A stretch of 64,000 nt of DNA, taken from positions 296 to 64,295 of the forward strand of contig NZ_MLAV02000016.1 in the NCBI RefSeq assembly GCF_001870995.1, in the 5' to 3' direction. Origin of the DNA: Chitinophaga sp. CB10. GTDB taxonomy: Bacteria; Bacteroidota; Bacteroidia; Chitinophagales; Chitinophagaceae. A model generated the notes under the pieces. The model did not search any database. It was not told the DNA's origin and saw only the letters and a program-made list of their open reading frames with translations. A program made the position numbers and the translations under genes. Of the stretch, positions 37,600 to 47,267 are shown in pieces (position 1 is the first letter of the stretch; each line of letters opens with the position of its first letter).

Positions 37600-38083
37600 A
37601 TAGAATGTTTAATTACGAATTACGATTTAAATTTTCATGTAACCTTCCCTTGGGCTGTGGTGGAGCAAATCCATCATCAGTGTACATCCTCCCCTAAAAT
37701 GGCCGCTGTCTGTCTGGTTTACCGGCCTGGTTAGTTGGATAGACGGGGACTTTTGTTACTCAAATACTATGCTTGCAAAGCTTCCCTGACAAGGTGACAG
37801 ATGCCGGTACTGCTTTTCAAGGCCTGTAAAATTAGTAATAAATTTGGGGAATTCCGGGATGAATTCGAGGCATAATACGGAAGAAATGATTTTTAACAAA
37901 ATCCAAACCGGGTTTAGGTCAAATTGACGGTTTTTGACATGTGTACTGCGGGCAGGACACGGCAGTCTGTCAAAATGCCGAAAAAAAAGCCATTCATCCA
38001 TAAAAAGCGGAAAAAGTGTGAATACTTTTTATAAATTTAGTCGTTTTATTACAAGTTTATAAACCACACAAAACTCCACGTTT

Positions 38084-39358
38084 ATGGCAAAGGCGATTCA
38101 GCCGTCTAAATTATTTGTGGCCAGCTGCATGGCATTACTGGTTACTTCCCTGTCCTTCGGCATCCGTGCCGGCATTTTAGGCGACCTGGGAAAGCAGTTT
38201 GACCTCAGCGCGTCGCAACTGGGTATTATAGCCAGCACCGCTTTCTGGGGCTTCCCGCTGGCAGTAGTAATAGGAGGATTTGTGGTGGATATCATTGGCA
38301 TGAAACGCCTGCTGTTGGCTGCCTTTTTGCTCCACCTGGCCGGCATCCTGCTGACAATATTCGCCACCGGATTCAGCACCCTGTTTGTATCCACGCTCTT
38401 CATCGGCATGGCCAACGGTACGGTAGAAGCGGCATGTAACCCGCTGGTAGCAACCATCTACCCGACCAACAAAACCACCAAGCTCAATCACTTTCACCTC
38501 TGGTTCCCGGGCGGCATCGTGATCGGCGCGCTGGTAGTATTCTTCCTTTCGGGTATGGGCCTGAATTACAAGGTGCAGATGGCGACCATGATCATCCCCA
38601 CTTTATTATACGGTTACCTGTTCCTGAAGCCGGATTTCCCGGTAACGGAGCGCGTGGCTTCCGGTATCACCAATGCGCAGATGTACCGCAGTATTTTCAG
38701 TCCGCTGTTCATTGTGATCTTTATATTAATGTTTGGCACCGCCATCACCGAGCTGTTTACCGGCCAGTGGATAGAAGTGCTGTTAAAGAACGTCACTGAA
38801 AACGCCATCCTCATCCTGGCGATGACGGCCGGCGTACAAACCCTGGGACGCGCTTTTGCCGGCCCGATTGTACATCGTATGTCGCCCACCGGCGTACTGC
38901 TGGTATCCGCCATCCTTTCCGCTGTTGGCCTGTACATGCTGGCCCATGTAAGCGGCAACCTGGTATTTCTGGCCGCGTTTATATTCGGCATGGGCGTTAC
39001 CTACTTCTGGCCTTGCATGATCGGTTTCGTCTCCGAGAATATTCCTGAATCCGGCGCCCTGGGTATGAACCTGGTAGGCGGCGCAGGGATGTTTGCCGTT
39101 TCAATTTATACTATCTTCATGGGCGGATTTTACGACAGCATCCTCGCCAAGCAGTTACCTGCGGGCGCTTCGCTGGATGCCTACCGCACCGCCGCAGCAG
39201 GCACGCCTGAAGCAGCCGCTTTTGCCAAAGCGCAGGCAGTGGCAGGCCCTGAAATCCTGAATGTGACCTTAGTAATACCTGTAGTACTGATATTCGCCTT
39301 CACCGGCCTGTATTTCTATATGCGCAACCGCAGGAAACCTGATATCGCAATCGCATAA
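38084..39358 (+). CDS. MFS transporter
   Basis: 424 aa with about 12 TM helices. It is immediately upstream of the sugar oxidation genes. Confidence 0.8.
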   Translation: MAKAIQPSKLFVASCMALLVTSLSFGIRAGILGDLGKQFDLSASQLGIIASTAFWGFPLAVVIGGFVVDIIGMKRLLLAAFLLHLAGILLTIFATGFSTLFVSTLFIGMANGTVEAACNPLVATIYPTNKTTKLNHFHLWFPGGIVIGALVVFFLSGMGLNYKVQMATMIIPTLLYGYLFLKPDFPVTERVASGITNAQMYRSIFSPLFIVIFILMFGTAITELFTGQWIEVLLKNVTENAILILAMTAGVQTLGRAFAGPIVHRMSPTGVLLVSAILSAVGLYMLAHVSGNLVFLAAFIFGMGVTYFWPCMIGFVSENIPESGALGMNLVGGAGMFAVSIYTIFMGGFYDSILAKQLPAGASLDAYRTAAAGTPEAAAFAKAQAVAGPEILNVTLVIPVVLIFAFTGLYFYMRNRRKPDIAIA

Positions 39359-39399
39359 TAAATCATCAATCATACTAGATAAAAAGCTGAACTGAATAT

Positions 39400-40563
39400 A
39401 TGACACGCAAGCTAAGAATGGGAATGATCGGAGGCGGTAAAGATGCCTTCATCGGTGCTATCCACCGTATTGCCGCCAATATGGACGGTCTTATTGAACT
39501 CGTTGCAGGCGCACTCAGTGTTAACCCTGAAGTGGCCGTTGAATCCGGTAAAATGCTGTTCCTCGACCCGGAACGCACCTACACCGATTTCAAAACCATG
39601 CTGCAAAAAGAAGCTGCCATGCCGGCAGACAAACGCCTGGATTTTGTTACGATCGTAACGCCCAACTTCGCACACTTCGAACCTGCGATGATGGCGCTGG
39701 ACCTGGGTTTCAACGTGGTAATCGAAAAACCGATCACCATCTCCCTGGACGAAGCCAAACAACTGAAAGCAAAAGTGGAGGCTACGGGGCTTTCCCTCCT
39801 GCTCACCCACACCTACACCGGCTACCCGATGGTAAAACAGGCAAGGCAGATGGTGAAAAACGGCGACCTCGGCAAGATCCGCAAAGTATGGGTAGAATAC
39901 CCGCAGGGCTGGCTGTCCAAACTCAGCGAAAGAGAAGGAAACGCGCAGGCAGCATGGAGAACCGATCCTAAACGCTCCGGTAAAGCCGGCGCAATGGGCG
40001 ACATCGGTACGCATGCCTTCAACCTGGCTGAATATATCACCGGCGCAAAACTGGAAAAGCTTTGCGCGGACCTGAATATCGTAGTGCCTGGCCGCGCCCT
40101 CGACGACGATGGCGGCGTGCTGCTGCGCTTCGACAACGGCGCTTCCGGCGTGCTGATGGCATCGCAGGTGGCTGCCGGTGAAGAGAATGCATTGAAGATC
40201 CGCGTGTATGGCGAAAATGGCGGCCTGGAATGGGCCCAGCATGAGCCTAACACCCTGCTGGTAAAATGGCTGGATAAACCGGCTCAGATCTACCGCGCCG
40301 GTAACGGTTACGGCTACCAGAGCTCTTACATGACGCACAATACCCGCACACCGGGCGGCCACCCTGAAGGCTACCTCGAAGCGTTCGGAAACCTCTACCG
40401 CAACTTTGCGCAGACGCTCTCCGCCAAGATTGACGGCAGGGAGCCTGCTCCGGAATCCCTGGACTTCCCGGGTGTAGAAGAAGGTATCCGCGGTATGGCA
40501 TTTATTGACAACGTGGTGAAATCTTCACAGAGCGACGTTAAATGGACTAATTTCGAGATCTAA
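39400..40563 (+). CDS. Gfo/Idh/MocA family oxidoreductase
   Basis: N-terminal Rossmann motif LRMGMIGGGKDAFIGAIH, plus EKP in VVIEKPIT. No signal peptide. Confidence 0.85.
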   Translation: MTRKLRMGMIGGGKDAFIGAIHRIAANMDGLIELVAGALSVNPEVAVESGKMLFLDPERTYTDFKTMLQKEAAMPADKRLDFVTIVTPNFAHFEPAMMALDLGFNVVIEKPITISLDEAKQLKAKVEATGLSLLLTHTYTGYPMVKQARQMVKNGDLGKIRKVWVEYPQGWLSKLSEREGNAQAAWRTDPKRSGKAGAMGDIGTHAFNLAEYITGAKLEKLCADLNIVVPGRALDDDGGVLLRFDNGASGVLMASQVAAGEENALKIRVYGENGGLEWAQHEPNTLLVKWLDKPAQIYRAGNGYGYQSSYMTHNTRTPGGHPEGYLEAFGNLYRNFAQTLSAKIDGREPAPESLDFPGVEEGIRGMAFIDNVVKSSQSDVKWTNFEI

Positions 40564-40584
40564 TCGGTTAAACGGAAAGGTATT

Positions 40585-41640
40585 ATGAGAACTATAAAAG
40601 GACCTGGTATTTTCCTCGCTCAGTTTATGGGCGATGCCGCCCCCTTCAACAGCCTGAAAAGCATCTGCGAATGGGCGGCATCCATCGGTTTCAAAGGCGT
40701 ACAGATCCCCAGCTGGGATACCCGCCTCATCGACCTTCAAAAAGCGGCCGAAAGCAAAACCTACGCCGATGAGATCAAAGGCATCGTCAACGCAGCCGGA
40801 CTCGAAATCACTGAATTGAGTACGCACCTGCAGGGGCAACTGGTGGCAGTCAACCCTGCCTTCTCTGAAATGTTTGACCAGTTTGCTCCGGCGCCCTATC
40901 ATAATAACATCAACGCACGTACGGAGTGGGCCGTAAACCAGCTGAAATACGCTGCTAAAGCCAGCCGTAACCTGGGCCTCGATGCGCACGCCACTTTCAG
41001 CGGCGCGCTGCTCTGGGCGCCTGCCATGTACCCATGGCCGCAACGGCCTGCCGGACTGGTGGAAGCTGGCTTTGCCGAACTGGCAAAACGCTGGATGCCT
41101 ATCCTCAACGCCTTCGATGAACAGGGCGTGGACGTGTGCTACGAAATACACCCGGGGGAAGACCTCCACGACGGCGCCAGCTACGAACGCTTCCTCGAAG
41201 CCACCGGCAACCACCAACGTGCCTGCCTGCTCTATGATCCAAGCCACTTCGTACTGCAATGCCTCAACTACCTCGAGTATATCGACATCTATCACGAAAG
41301 AATCAAGGCATTCCACGTGAAAGATGCGGAGTTTAACCCGACAGGCCGCAGCGGCGTGTACGGCGGATTCCAGGCATGGATCGACCGCCCGGGACGCTTC
41401 CGCTCCCTCGGCGATGGACAGGTAGATTTCAAATCCGTATTCAGCAAATTAACCCAATACGATTACGCCGGATGGGCCGTTATGGAATGGGAATGCTGCA
41501 TGAAACATCCGGAAGACGGCGCAAGGGAAGGCGCTCCGTTTATTAAAAACCATATCATCCGCGTGACCGACAAGGCATTCGATGATTTCGCAGGCGCCGA
41601 CACCGACGACGCTTTCAACAAAAGAATTTTGGGAATCTGA
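40585..41640 (+). CDS. Sugar phosphate isomerase/epimerase (xylose isomerase-like TIM barrel)
   Basis: 351 aa. The YEIHPGE and HVKD motifs are typical of this fold. No signal peptide. Confidence 0.8.
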   Translation: MRTIKGPGIFLAQFMGDAAPFNSLKSICEWAASIGFKGVQIPSWDTRLIDLQKAAESKTYADEIKGIVNAAGLEITELSTHLQGQLVAVNPAFSEMFDQFAPAPYHNNINARTEWAVNQLKYAAKASRNLGLDAHATFSGALLWAPAMYPWPQRPAGLVEAGFAELAKRWMPILNAFDEQGVDVCYEIHPGEDLHDGASYERFLEATGNHQRACLLYDPSHFVLQCLNYLEYIDIYHERIKAFHVKDAEFNPTGRSGVYGGFQAWIDRPGRFRSLGDGQVDFKSVFSKLTQYDYAGWAVMEWECCMKHPEDGAREGAPFIKNHIIRVTDKAFDDFAGADTDDAFNKRILGI

Positions 41641-41671
41641 TAAAATAACAAGCATCTAAAAAAAACAGAAA

Positions 41672-42085
41672 ATGAAAAAGAGATATTTGGCGCCGTTTGT
41701 ATTGAGTGCTTTATTCTTCGCAGCCTGCGGAGGTGGTAGTAAATCGGGTGAACAGGCAGCAACCAGCGAAACAGAGCAGCCTGCAGACAACTCCATGGTA
41801 TCGCCGAACGCCAATAAGCCAATGACCAAAGGCCAGGAACTGATGGCGCAGCAGGATTGCAAAACCTGCCATAAAGAAGAAATGAAGCTGGTAGGCCCGT
41901 CTTTCAAAGACATCGCCGGTAAATATCCCAACACGGAAGAAAATGTGGATAAACTGGCTGATAAGATCATTAAAGGCGGTTCCGGCAACTGGGGAGAAGT
42001 AGCAATGCTGCCACATTCCAACATCTCCAAGGACGATGCGAAGGAAATGGTGAGATATATCCTTTCTCTTTCTGCCAACCAATAA
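41672..42085 (+). CDS. c-type cytochrome lipoprotein (class I, c551/c552-like)
   Basis: Lipobox-like LFFAAC, heme motif CKTCH, and the distal Met context GNWGEVAMLPH. Confidence 0.85.
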   Translation: MKKRYLAPFVLSALFFAACGGGSKSGEQAATSETEQPADNSMVSPNANKPMTKGQELMAQQDCKTCHKEEMKLVGPSFKDIAGKYPNTEENVDKLADKIIKGGSGNWGEVAMLPHSNISKDDAKEMVRYILSLSANQ

Positions 42086-42107
42086 CCTTATCATCAAAAA
42101 TGCCAGC

Positions 42108-42824
42108 ATGAAAAAAGTAATAATAGGAGCCGCACTGGCTGCATTCATCTGCACCGCTGCTTCCGCTCAAACTATCAATACACTTACCGCAAAGGAAAAA
42201 AAGGCTGGATGGAAACTGCTGTTTGACGGCAAGACCACCAACGGTTGGCATACTTACCTGAAAAATGAGGCCAGCCCTGCCTGGAAAGTAGAAGACGGAG
42301 CCCTGGTGCTCGACCAGGAAGCCAAAAAGAATGGCGCTCCCGGTGGCGACCTCGTCACCAACGACGAATTTGAAAACTATGAACTGAGCCTGCAGTGGAA
42401 AATCTCCGAAGGCGGCAACAGCGGTATCATCTTCGGCGTACACGAATCGCCCGAGTTCCATGCCACCTACGAAACCGGTCCTGAAATGCAGGTGCTGGAT
42501 GATGAAAGACACAAGGACGGCAAAATACCGAAACACAACTCCGGCGACCTCTATGACCTGAAGAAGTCCGCCAAGCCTGCCGTAAAACCGGTAGGCCAGT
42601 GGAATACCGCCCAGATCATTAAAAAAGACGGTCACCTGACGCTGAAACTCAACGGGGTAACCACCGTTACCACTACCATCGGCACGCCTGAATGGGACGC
42701 CCTGGTTGCCAACAGCAAGTTCAAAACCTGGAAAGGCTTTGGCAAATACCAGAAAGGCCATATCGCCCTCCAGGACCACGGCGACGTTGTGTCCTACCGC
42801 GACATCAAAATCAGACAACTTTAA
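42108..42824 (+). CDS. DUF1080 (3-keto-disaccharide hydrolase family) protein, secreted
   Basis: Signal peptide, then WKLLFDGKTTNGWH...WKVEDGALV...GNSGIIF...EMQVLDD...HIALQDHG. Confidence 0.8.
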   Translation: MKKVIIGAALAAFICTAASAQTINTLTAKEKKAGWKLLFDGKTTNGWHTYLKNEASPAWKVEDGALVLDQEAKKNGAPGGDLVTNDEFENYELSLQWKISEGGNSGIIFGVHESPEFHATYETGPEMQVLDDERHKDGKIPKHNSGDLYDLKKSAKPAVKPVGQWNTAQIIKKDGHLTLKLNGVTTVTTTIGTPEWDALVANSKFKTWKGFGKYQKGHIALQDHGDVVSYRDIKIRQL

Positions 42825-42973
42825 TTACTACATAACGTCCGCCCAAAAAGCGGACGTTATACTTCTGAGCCAAAAGGGCACTACCAGACAAAAAGCAGGT
42901 AAAGATCCGCCACAGGCGGATTTTGCTTTTACAGCCGCCGCTTTTTATTTAATCTAACAACCACGGATAAACG

Positions 42974-43702
42974 ATGAAGAAACTCACCACGTTCCTCGCC
43001 TTTTTATTACTGGTGGCCGCCATTTCGGCCAATGCCAAGCACAAATACCGGGTGCTGGTATTTTCAAAAACAAAGGGGTTCCGGCATGACTGCATCCCCA
43101 CCGCCCGGCAGGCCATCCTGAAACTGGGCGCCGAAAATAACTTTGCGGTAGATACGACCGAAGACGCCTCCGTTTTCACTTACGACAACCTGAAAAAATA
43201 CGATGCCGTGATTTTCAGCTGCACCACCGGCGACGTACTTGACAGCGCACAGCAGGAAGCTTTCATAAAATACATCCATAAAGGAGGCGGATTTATGGGC
43301 ATCCACGCAGCTACGGATACAGAGTACGACTGGCCATGGTTCGGACGCCTGGTAGGGGCTTATTTCACCAGTCACCCTAAACAACAGGTGGCCACGCTGA
43401 AGGTGATCGATAAATCCCATATCTCCACCAAACACCTCCCGGACGACTGGACAAGAAAAGATGAATGGTACAATTTCAGGGATATTAACCCGGACATTCA
43501 CGTGCTGATCAAGATAGACGAATCCACCTACGAAGGAGGTAAAAACGGCGACAACCACCCGATGTGCTGGTACCACGCTTTCGAAGGAGGACGTTCCTTC
43601 TACACCGAAATGGGCCACACTAAAGAGTCCTACGCCGACCCGCTGTACCTGCAGCACCTGCTCGGAGGAATCCAATATGCCGCTAACATCAAAGTGAAAT
43701 AA
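42974..43702 (+). CDS. ThuA domain-containing protein, secreted
   Basis: Signal peptide, then RVLVFSKTKGFRHDCIP...GGGFMGIHAATDTEYDWPWF...HPMCWYH...FYTEMGH. Confidence 0.8.
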   Translation: MKKLTTFLAFLLLVAAISANAKHKYRVLVFSKTKGFRHDCIPTARQAILKLGAENNFAVDTTEDASVFTYDNLKKYDAVIFSCTTGDVLDSAQQEAFIKYIHKGGGFMGIHAATDTEYDWPWFGRLVGAYFTSHPKQQVATLKVIDKSHISTKHLPDDWTRKDEWYNFRDINPDIHVLIKIDESTYEGGKNGDNHPMCWYHAFEGGRSFYTEMGHTKESYADPLYLQHLLGGIQYAANIKVK

Positions 43703-43714
43703 TCCCTTAAAATT

Positions 43715-46700
43715 ATGAAACCAGTTTTCAGACTACTCCTGGTAATAGCCCTCATCGCTACCGTTACCGGATGTACGAAAAAGAGAGAAGGCAAGCCCCG
43801 CATCCTCGTGTTTACCAAAACCACGGCGTTCAGGCATGCTTCCATTCCTGCCGGTATCGCAGCCTTTCAGACGAAAATTGCCAGCGACCTGAATATCATC
43901 GTGGATACCACGGAGGATGCCAGCAAATTCAATGAAGATACCCTTTCCCAATATGCGGCCGTAGTATTCCTCAATACCACCGGCGACGTGCTCGACAACT
44001 ACCAGGAAGCCGACTTTGAAAGATATATCCAGGCCGGCGGCGGTTTTGTAGGCGTGCATGCCGGTACGGATACGGAATACGACTGGCCCTGGTACAATCA
44101 CCTCGTAGGCGCACAATTCGCCAACCACCCGGAAGGCGTGCATGATGCCAAACTGATTGTAAAGGACCAGCAGTTCTTTGACCCGTATAAGCTGCCGGCT
44201 ACCTTTAACCAGGTGGATGAATGGTACAATTTCAAAAAGATGGATACCACCCTCAAAGTGCTGATCCAGCTGGATGAAACTTCCTATAAAGGCGGTACGA
44301 TGAACAACAACCACCCTATCGCCTGGTACCATGATTACGACGGCGGCCGCGCCTTTTATACCGGTATGGGCCACACGCCGGAAGCTTACCAGCAGGAGAA
44401 CTTCCTGAACCAGCTGAAAGCCGGCGTGCGTTATGCCATCGGCGACAATAAGGTGCTGGACTACTCCGCCGCTACCACGCTCCGCGTGCCTTCGGAAGAC
44501 CGCTTCACGAAAAACGTGCTGGCAGCAGGTCAGTTCTTCGAACCAACGGAAATGACTATACTCCCTAACCTGGATATCCTCGTGGCACAGCGCCGCGGCG
44601 AACTGCTGCTGTACAAACAGGCGGACAGGTCCATTTCCCAGGTAGGCTTCCTGAACGTGTATTATAAAACGGAAGTGCCCAACGTCAATGCGGAAGAAGG
44701 CTTCCTCGGCCTTGCAGCTGACCCGGATTATAAGAACAACCACTACATCTACGCTTTTTATTCTCCCCGGGATACTTCTGTAAACCGCCTTTCCCGCTTT
44801 ACCTTCACGGATAATAAGCTGGATACGGCGTCAGAAAAGATCATCCTGCAGTTCTACAGCCAGCGGGATATCTGCTGCCATACCGGCGGTTCTATCGCCT
44901 TCGGGCCGGATAACCTGCTGTACCTCTCCACCGGGGATAACACGACGCCGTTTGACGAACCAGGCCAGCAATTCGGCTCAAAAGGTTATGGCCCTACGGA
45001 CGACCGCCCCGGCCACCTGCAGTACGACGGCAGAAGGTCCTCTTCCAACACCAATGACCTGCGTGGTAAAATCCTGCGCATCAAAGTGATGCCGGATGGC
45101 AGTTACACCATTCCAAAAGGCAACCTGTTCCCTCCGGGCACACCGGGCACCAAGCCGGAAATCTTCGTCATGGGTACCCGCAACCCTTACCGTATATCCG
45201 TTGACCGTAAAAACGGGTATGTATATTGGGGAGAAGTAGGCCCTGACGCCAACAACGATGATTCCCTCCGTGGCCCACGTGGTTACGATGAAATAAACCA
45301 GGCTAAAAAGCCCGGCTATTATGGTTACCCGCTGTTTATTGCGGACAATAAACCCTACCGGGAATACAATTATGAAACCGGGGAAAGCGGTAAGTTTTAC
45401 GATCCTAAAAAACCGATCAACAACTCCCGCAACAACACCGGCCTGAAGGAACTGCCGCCGGCGGTGCCTGCGTTTATCTGGTACCCGTACGCCAAATCAG
45501 AGGAGTTCCCGCTGGTGGGCGCCGGTGGCCGCAACGCGGAAGCCGGACCGGTATATTACAGTGAATTCTATCCAAAAGACACCCGCTTCCCGGATTACTA
45601 TAACAACAAGCTGTTTATCTACGACTGGGTACGTGGCTGGATCATGGCGGTTACCATGGATAAAGACCATAACTATTCCCGGATGGAACGCTTCATGCCT
45701 CACCTGAAGCTGAACGCTCCGATCGATATGGAAATGGGCCCTGACGGCCGCCTTTACATCCTCGAATATGGTAATGGCTGGTTCAGTAAAAACCCGGATG
45801 CGGCCCTCACCCGTATCGACTACAACGGCGGCAACCGCGCGCCGGTAGCGCAACTGCAGGTGGATAAGCTCAGCGGCGGCCTGCCGTTTACCGTGAAATT
45901 ATCAGCCGCCGGCAGTAAGGACCCGGATGGGGATCAACTCACTTACCTCTGGACATTCGGCAACGGTAATAAAAAAGAAACCACCGAGCCTACCGTTACC
46001 TATACCTACACCACCGCAGGCGAATACAATGTGGGCGTGGAAGTAAAGGATAACAACGGCGCCAGCACGCGCAGCCAGCAAATCAGCGTATATGCCGGCA
46101 ACGAAGCGCCGGTAGTCAGCATTAATATCGCCGGCAATAAAATGTTCTATTTCCCGGGCAAACCCGTGCAATACACGGTGAACGTTTCCGATAAGGAAGA
46201 TGGTTCCTCTGCCGATGGCAAAATCGACAACAGCAACCTCTATGTTAAATCCGACTACCTGGAAGGCCGTGATAAAGCCGCTATGCCACAGGGCCACCAG
46301 GTGATCACCGGCGCCATTGCCGGTAAAAACATCATGGAGGTATCCGATTGTAAAACCTGCCACAAAGTGGATGAAAAGTCCATCGGACCATCCTTTAAAC
46401 AAGTGGCGGAGAAATACAAATCCGATCCTTCCGCTCCTGAAAAACTGGCGCAGAAAATTATCAACGGCGGTGGCGGCGTTTGGGGCGAGACCGCTATGGC
46501 AGCGCATCCGGGCCTGTCCACCACGGAGGCCAAACAACTGGTAGAATACATCTACTCCGTTGGCGGCGCTACCACCAAAGAGCCATCCCTGCCGGCTTCC
46601 GGCAGCATCAACCCCGCCGGGAAAGGACCGCTGAAAGACGATGGCGTGCTTTATATCAGCGCCAGCTATACGGATAAAGGCGCTGCCGGCATCAAACCAA

Positions 46701-47116
46701 TGACCGGTACTGCCAGCGTAGCGCTGTACAGTCCGCGCATCCCGGCATCGGCCTATACCAAAGCCGATGGCGTGTCCGCCTTTGAAATCAACGGCATGAA
46801 ATTCCTCATCCCGGGCGTGCCTTCCAGCACGGTGGAATACGGCGATCTTGACCTGACAGGCGTATCGGCGGTAGACATGAACTACATGACCAATGCCGCT
46901 TCCGAAGCAGGCTTCAACGTAACCGCTTACCTGGATGGCAACCAGATCGGCGCGTTCCAGGTAGGGCCTGGCGCACAGCCAAGGCAGCCGGCAACCGGTT
47001 CTGTTAAATTACCGGGCGTGAGCGATGGTAAAAAACATACCCTGAAATTTGCGTTTAAACCGATAGATCCTGCCAAACAGGCGCCGTTGGGGATAACGTC
47101 GATTTTATTGAAATAA
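43715..47116 (+). CDS. Multidomain lipoprotein: ThuA + PQQ/soluble-glucose-dehydrogenase-like beta-propeller + PKD + cytochrome c + C-terminal domain
   Basis: Lipobox TVTGC. The ThuA region is paralogous to the previous ORF. A propeller-like region reads GGSIAFGPDNLLYLSTGDN...LRGKILRI. The PKD motif is DPDGDQLTYLWTFGNG. The heme motif is CKTCH with WGETAMAAHP. Confidence 0.8.
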   Translation: MKPVFRLLLVIALIATVTGCTKKREGKPRILVFTKTTAFRHASIPAGIAAFQTKIASDLNIIVDTTEDASKFNEDTLSQYAAVVFLNTTGDVLDNYQEADFERYIQAGGGFVGVHAGTDTEYDWPWYNHLVGAQFANHPEGVHDAKLIVKDQQFFDPYKLPATFNQVDEWYNFKKMDTTLKVLIQLDETSYKGGTMNNNHPIAWYHDYDGGRAFYTGMGHTPEAYQQENFLNQLKAGVRYAIGDNKVLDYSAATTLRVPSEDRFTKNVLAAGQFFEPTEMTILPNLDILVAQRRGELLLYKQADRSISQVGFLNVYYKTEVPNVNAEEGFLGLAADPDYKNNHYIYAFYSPRDTSVNRLSRFTFTDNKLDTASEKIILQFYSQRDICCHTGGSIAFGPDNLLYLSTGDNTTPFDEPGQQFGSKGYGPTDDRPGHLQYDGRRSSSNTNDLRGKILRIKVMPDGSYTIPKGNLFPPGTPGTKPEIFVMGTRNPYRISVDRKNGYVYWGEVGPDANNDDSLRGPRGYDEINQAKKPGYYGYPLFIADNKPYREYNYETGESGKFYDPKKPINNSRNNTGLKELPPAVPAFIWYPYAKSEEFPLVGAGGRNAEAGPVYYSEFYPKDTRFPDYYNNKLFIYDWVRGWIMAVTMDKDHNYSRMERFMPHLKLNAPIDMEMGPDGRLYILEYGNGWFSKNPDAALTRIDYNGGNRAPVAQLQVDKLSGGLPFTVKLSAAGSKDPDGDQLTYLWTFGNGNKKETTEPTVTYTYTTAGEYNVGVEVKDNNGASTRSQQISVYAGNEAPVVSINIAGNKMFYFPGKPVQYTVNVSDKEDGSSADGKIDNSNLYVKSDYLEGRDKAAMPQGHQVITGAIAGKNIMEVSDCKTCHKVDEKSIGPSFKQVAEKYKSDPSAPEKLAQKIINGGGGVWGETAMAAHPGLSTTEAKQLVEYIYSVGGATTKEPSLPASGSINPAGKGPLKDDGVLYISASYTDKGAAGIKPMTGTASVALYSPRIPASAYTKADGVSAFEINGMKFLIPGVPSSTVEYGDLDLTGVSAVDMNYMTNAASEAGFNVTAYLDGNQIGAFQVGPGAQPRQPATGSVKLPGVSDGKKHTLKFAFKPIDPAKQAPLGITSILLK

Positions 47117-47140
47117 CAGCCTGTTCAAGGCATAAAAAAA

Positions 47141-47167
47141 ATCCCTGACGTTACAAGCGTCAGGGAT
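47141..47167. terminator. Bidirectional terminator between convergent genes
   Basis: atccctgacg / cgtcagggat, flanked by AAAAAAAA and TTTTTTTT. Confidence 0.75.
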
Positions 47168-47267
47168 TTTTTTTATCACTTATTAAGGCAGTAGGTTTAC
47201 GCCATAAAAAAGAACAGCAGATTACTTCGTATAGTCGTTGGGTTTAGTGCCAAAAAAACAAACCAAT

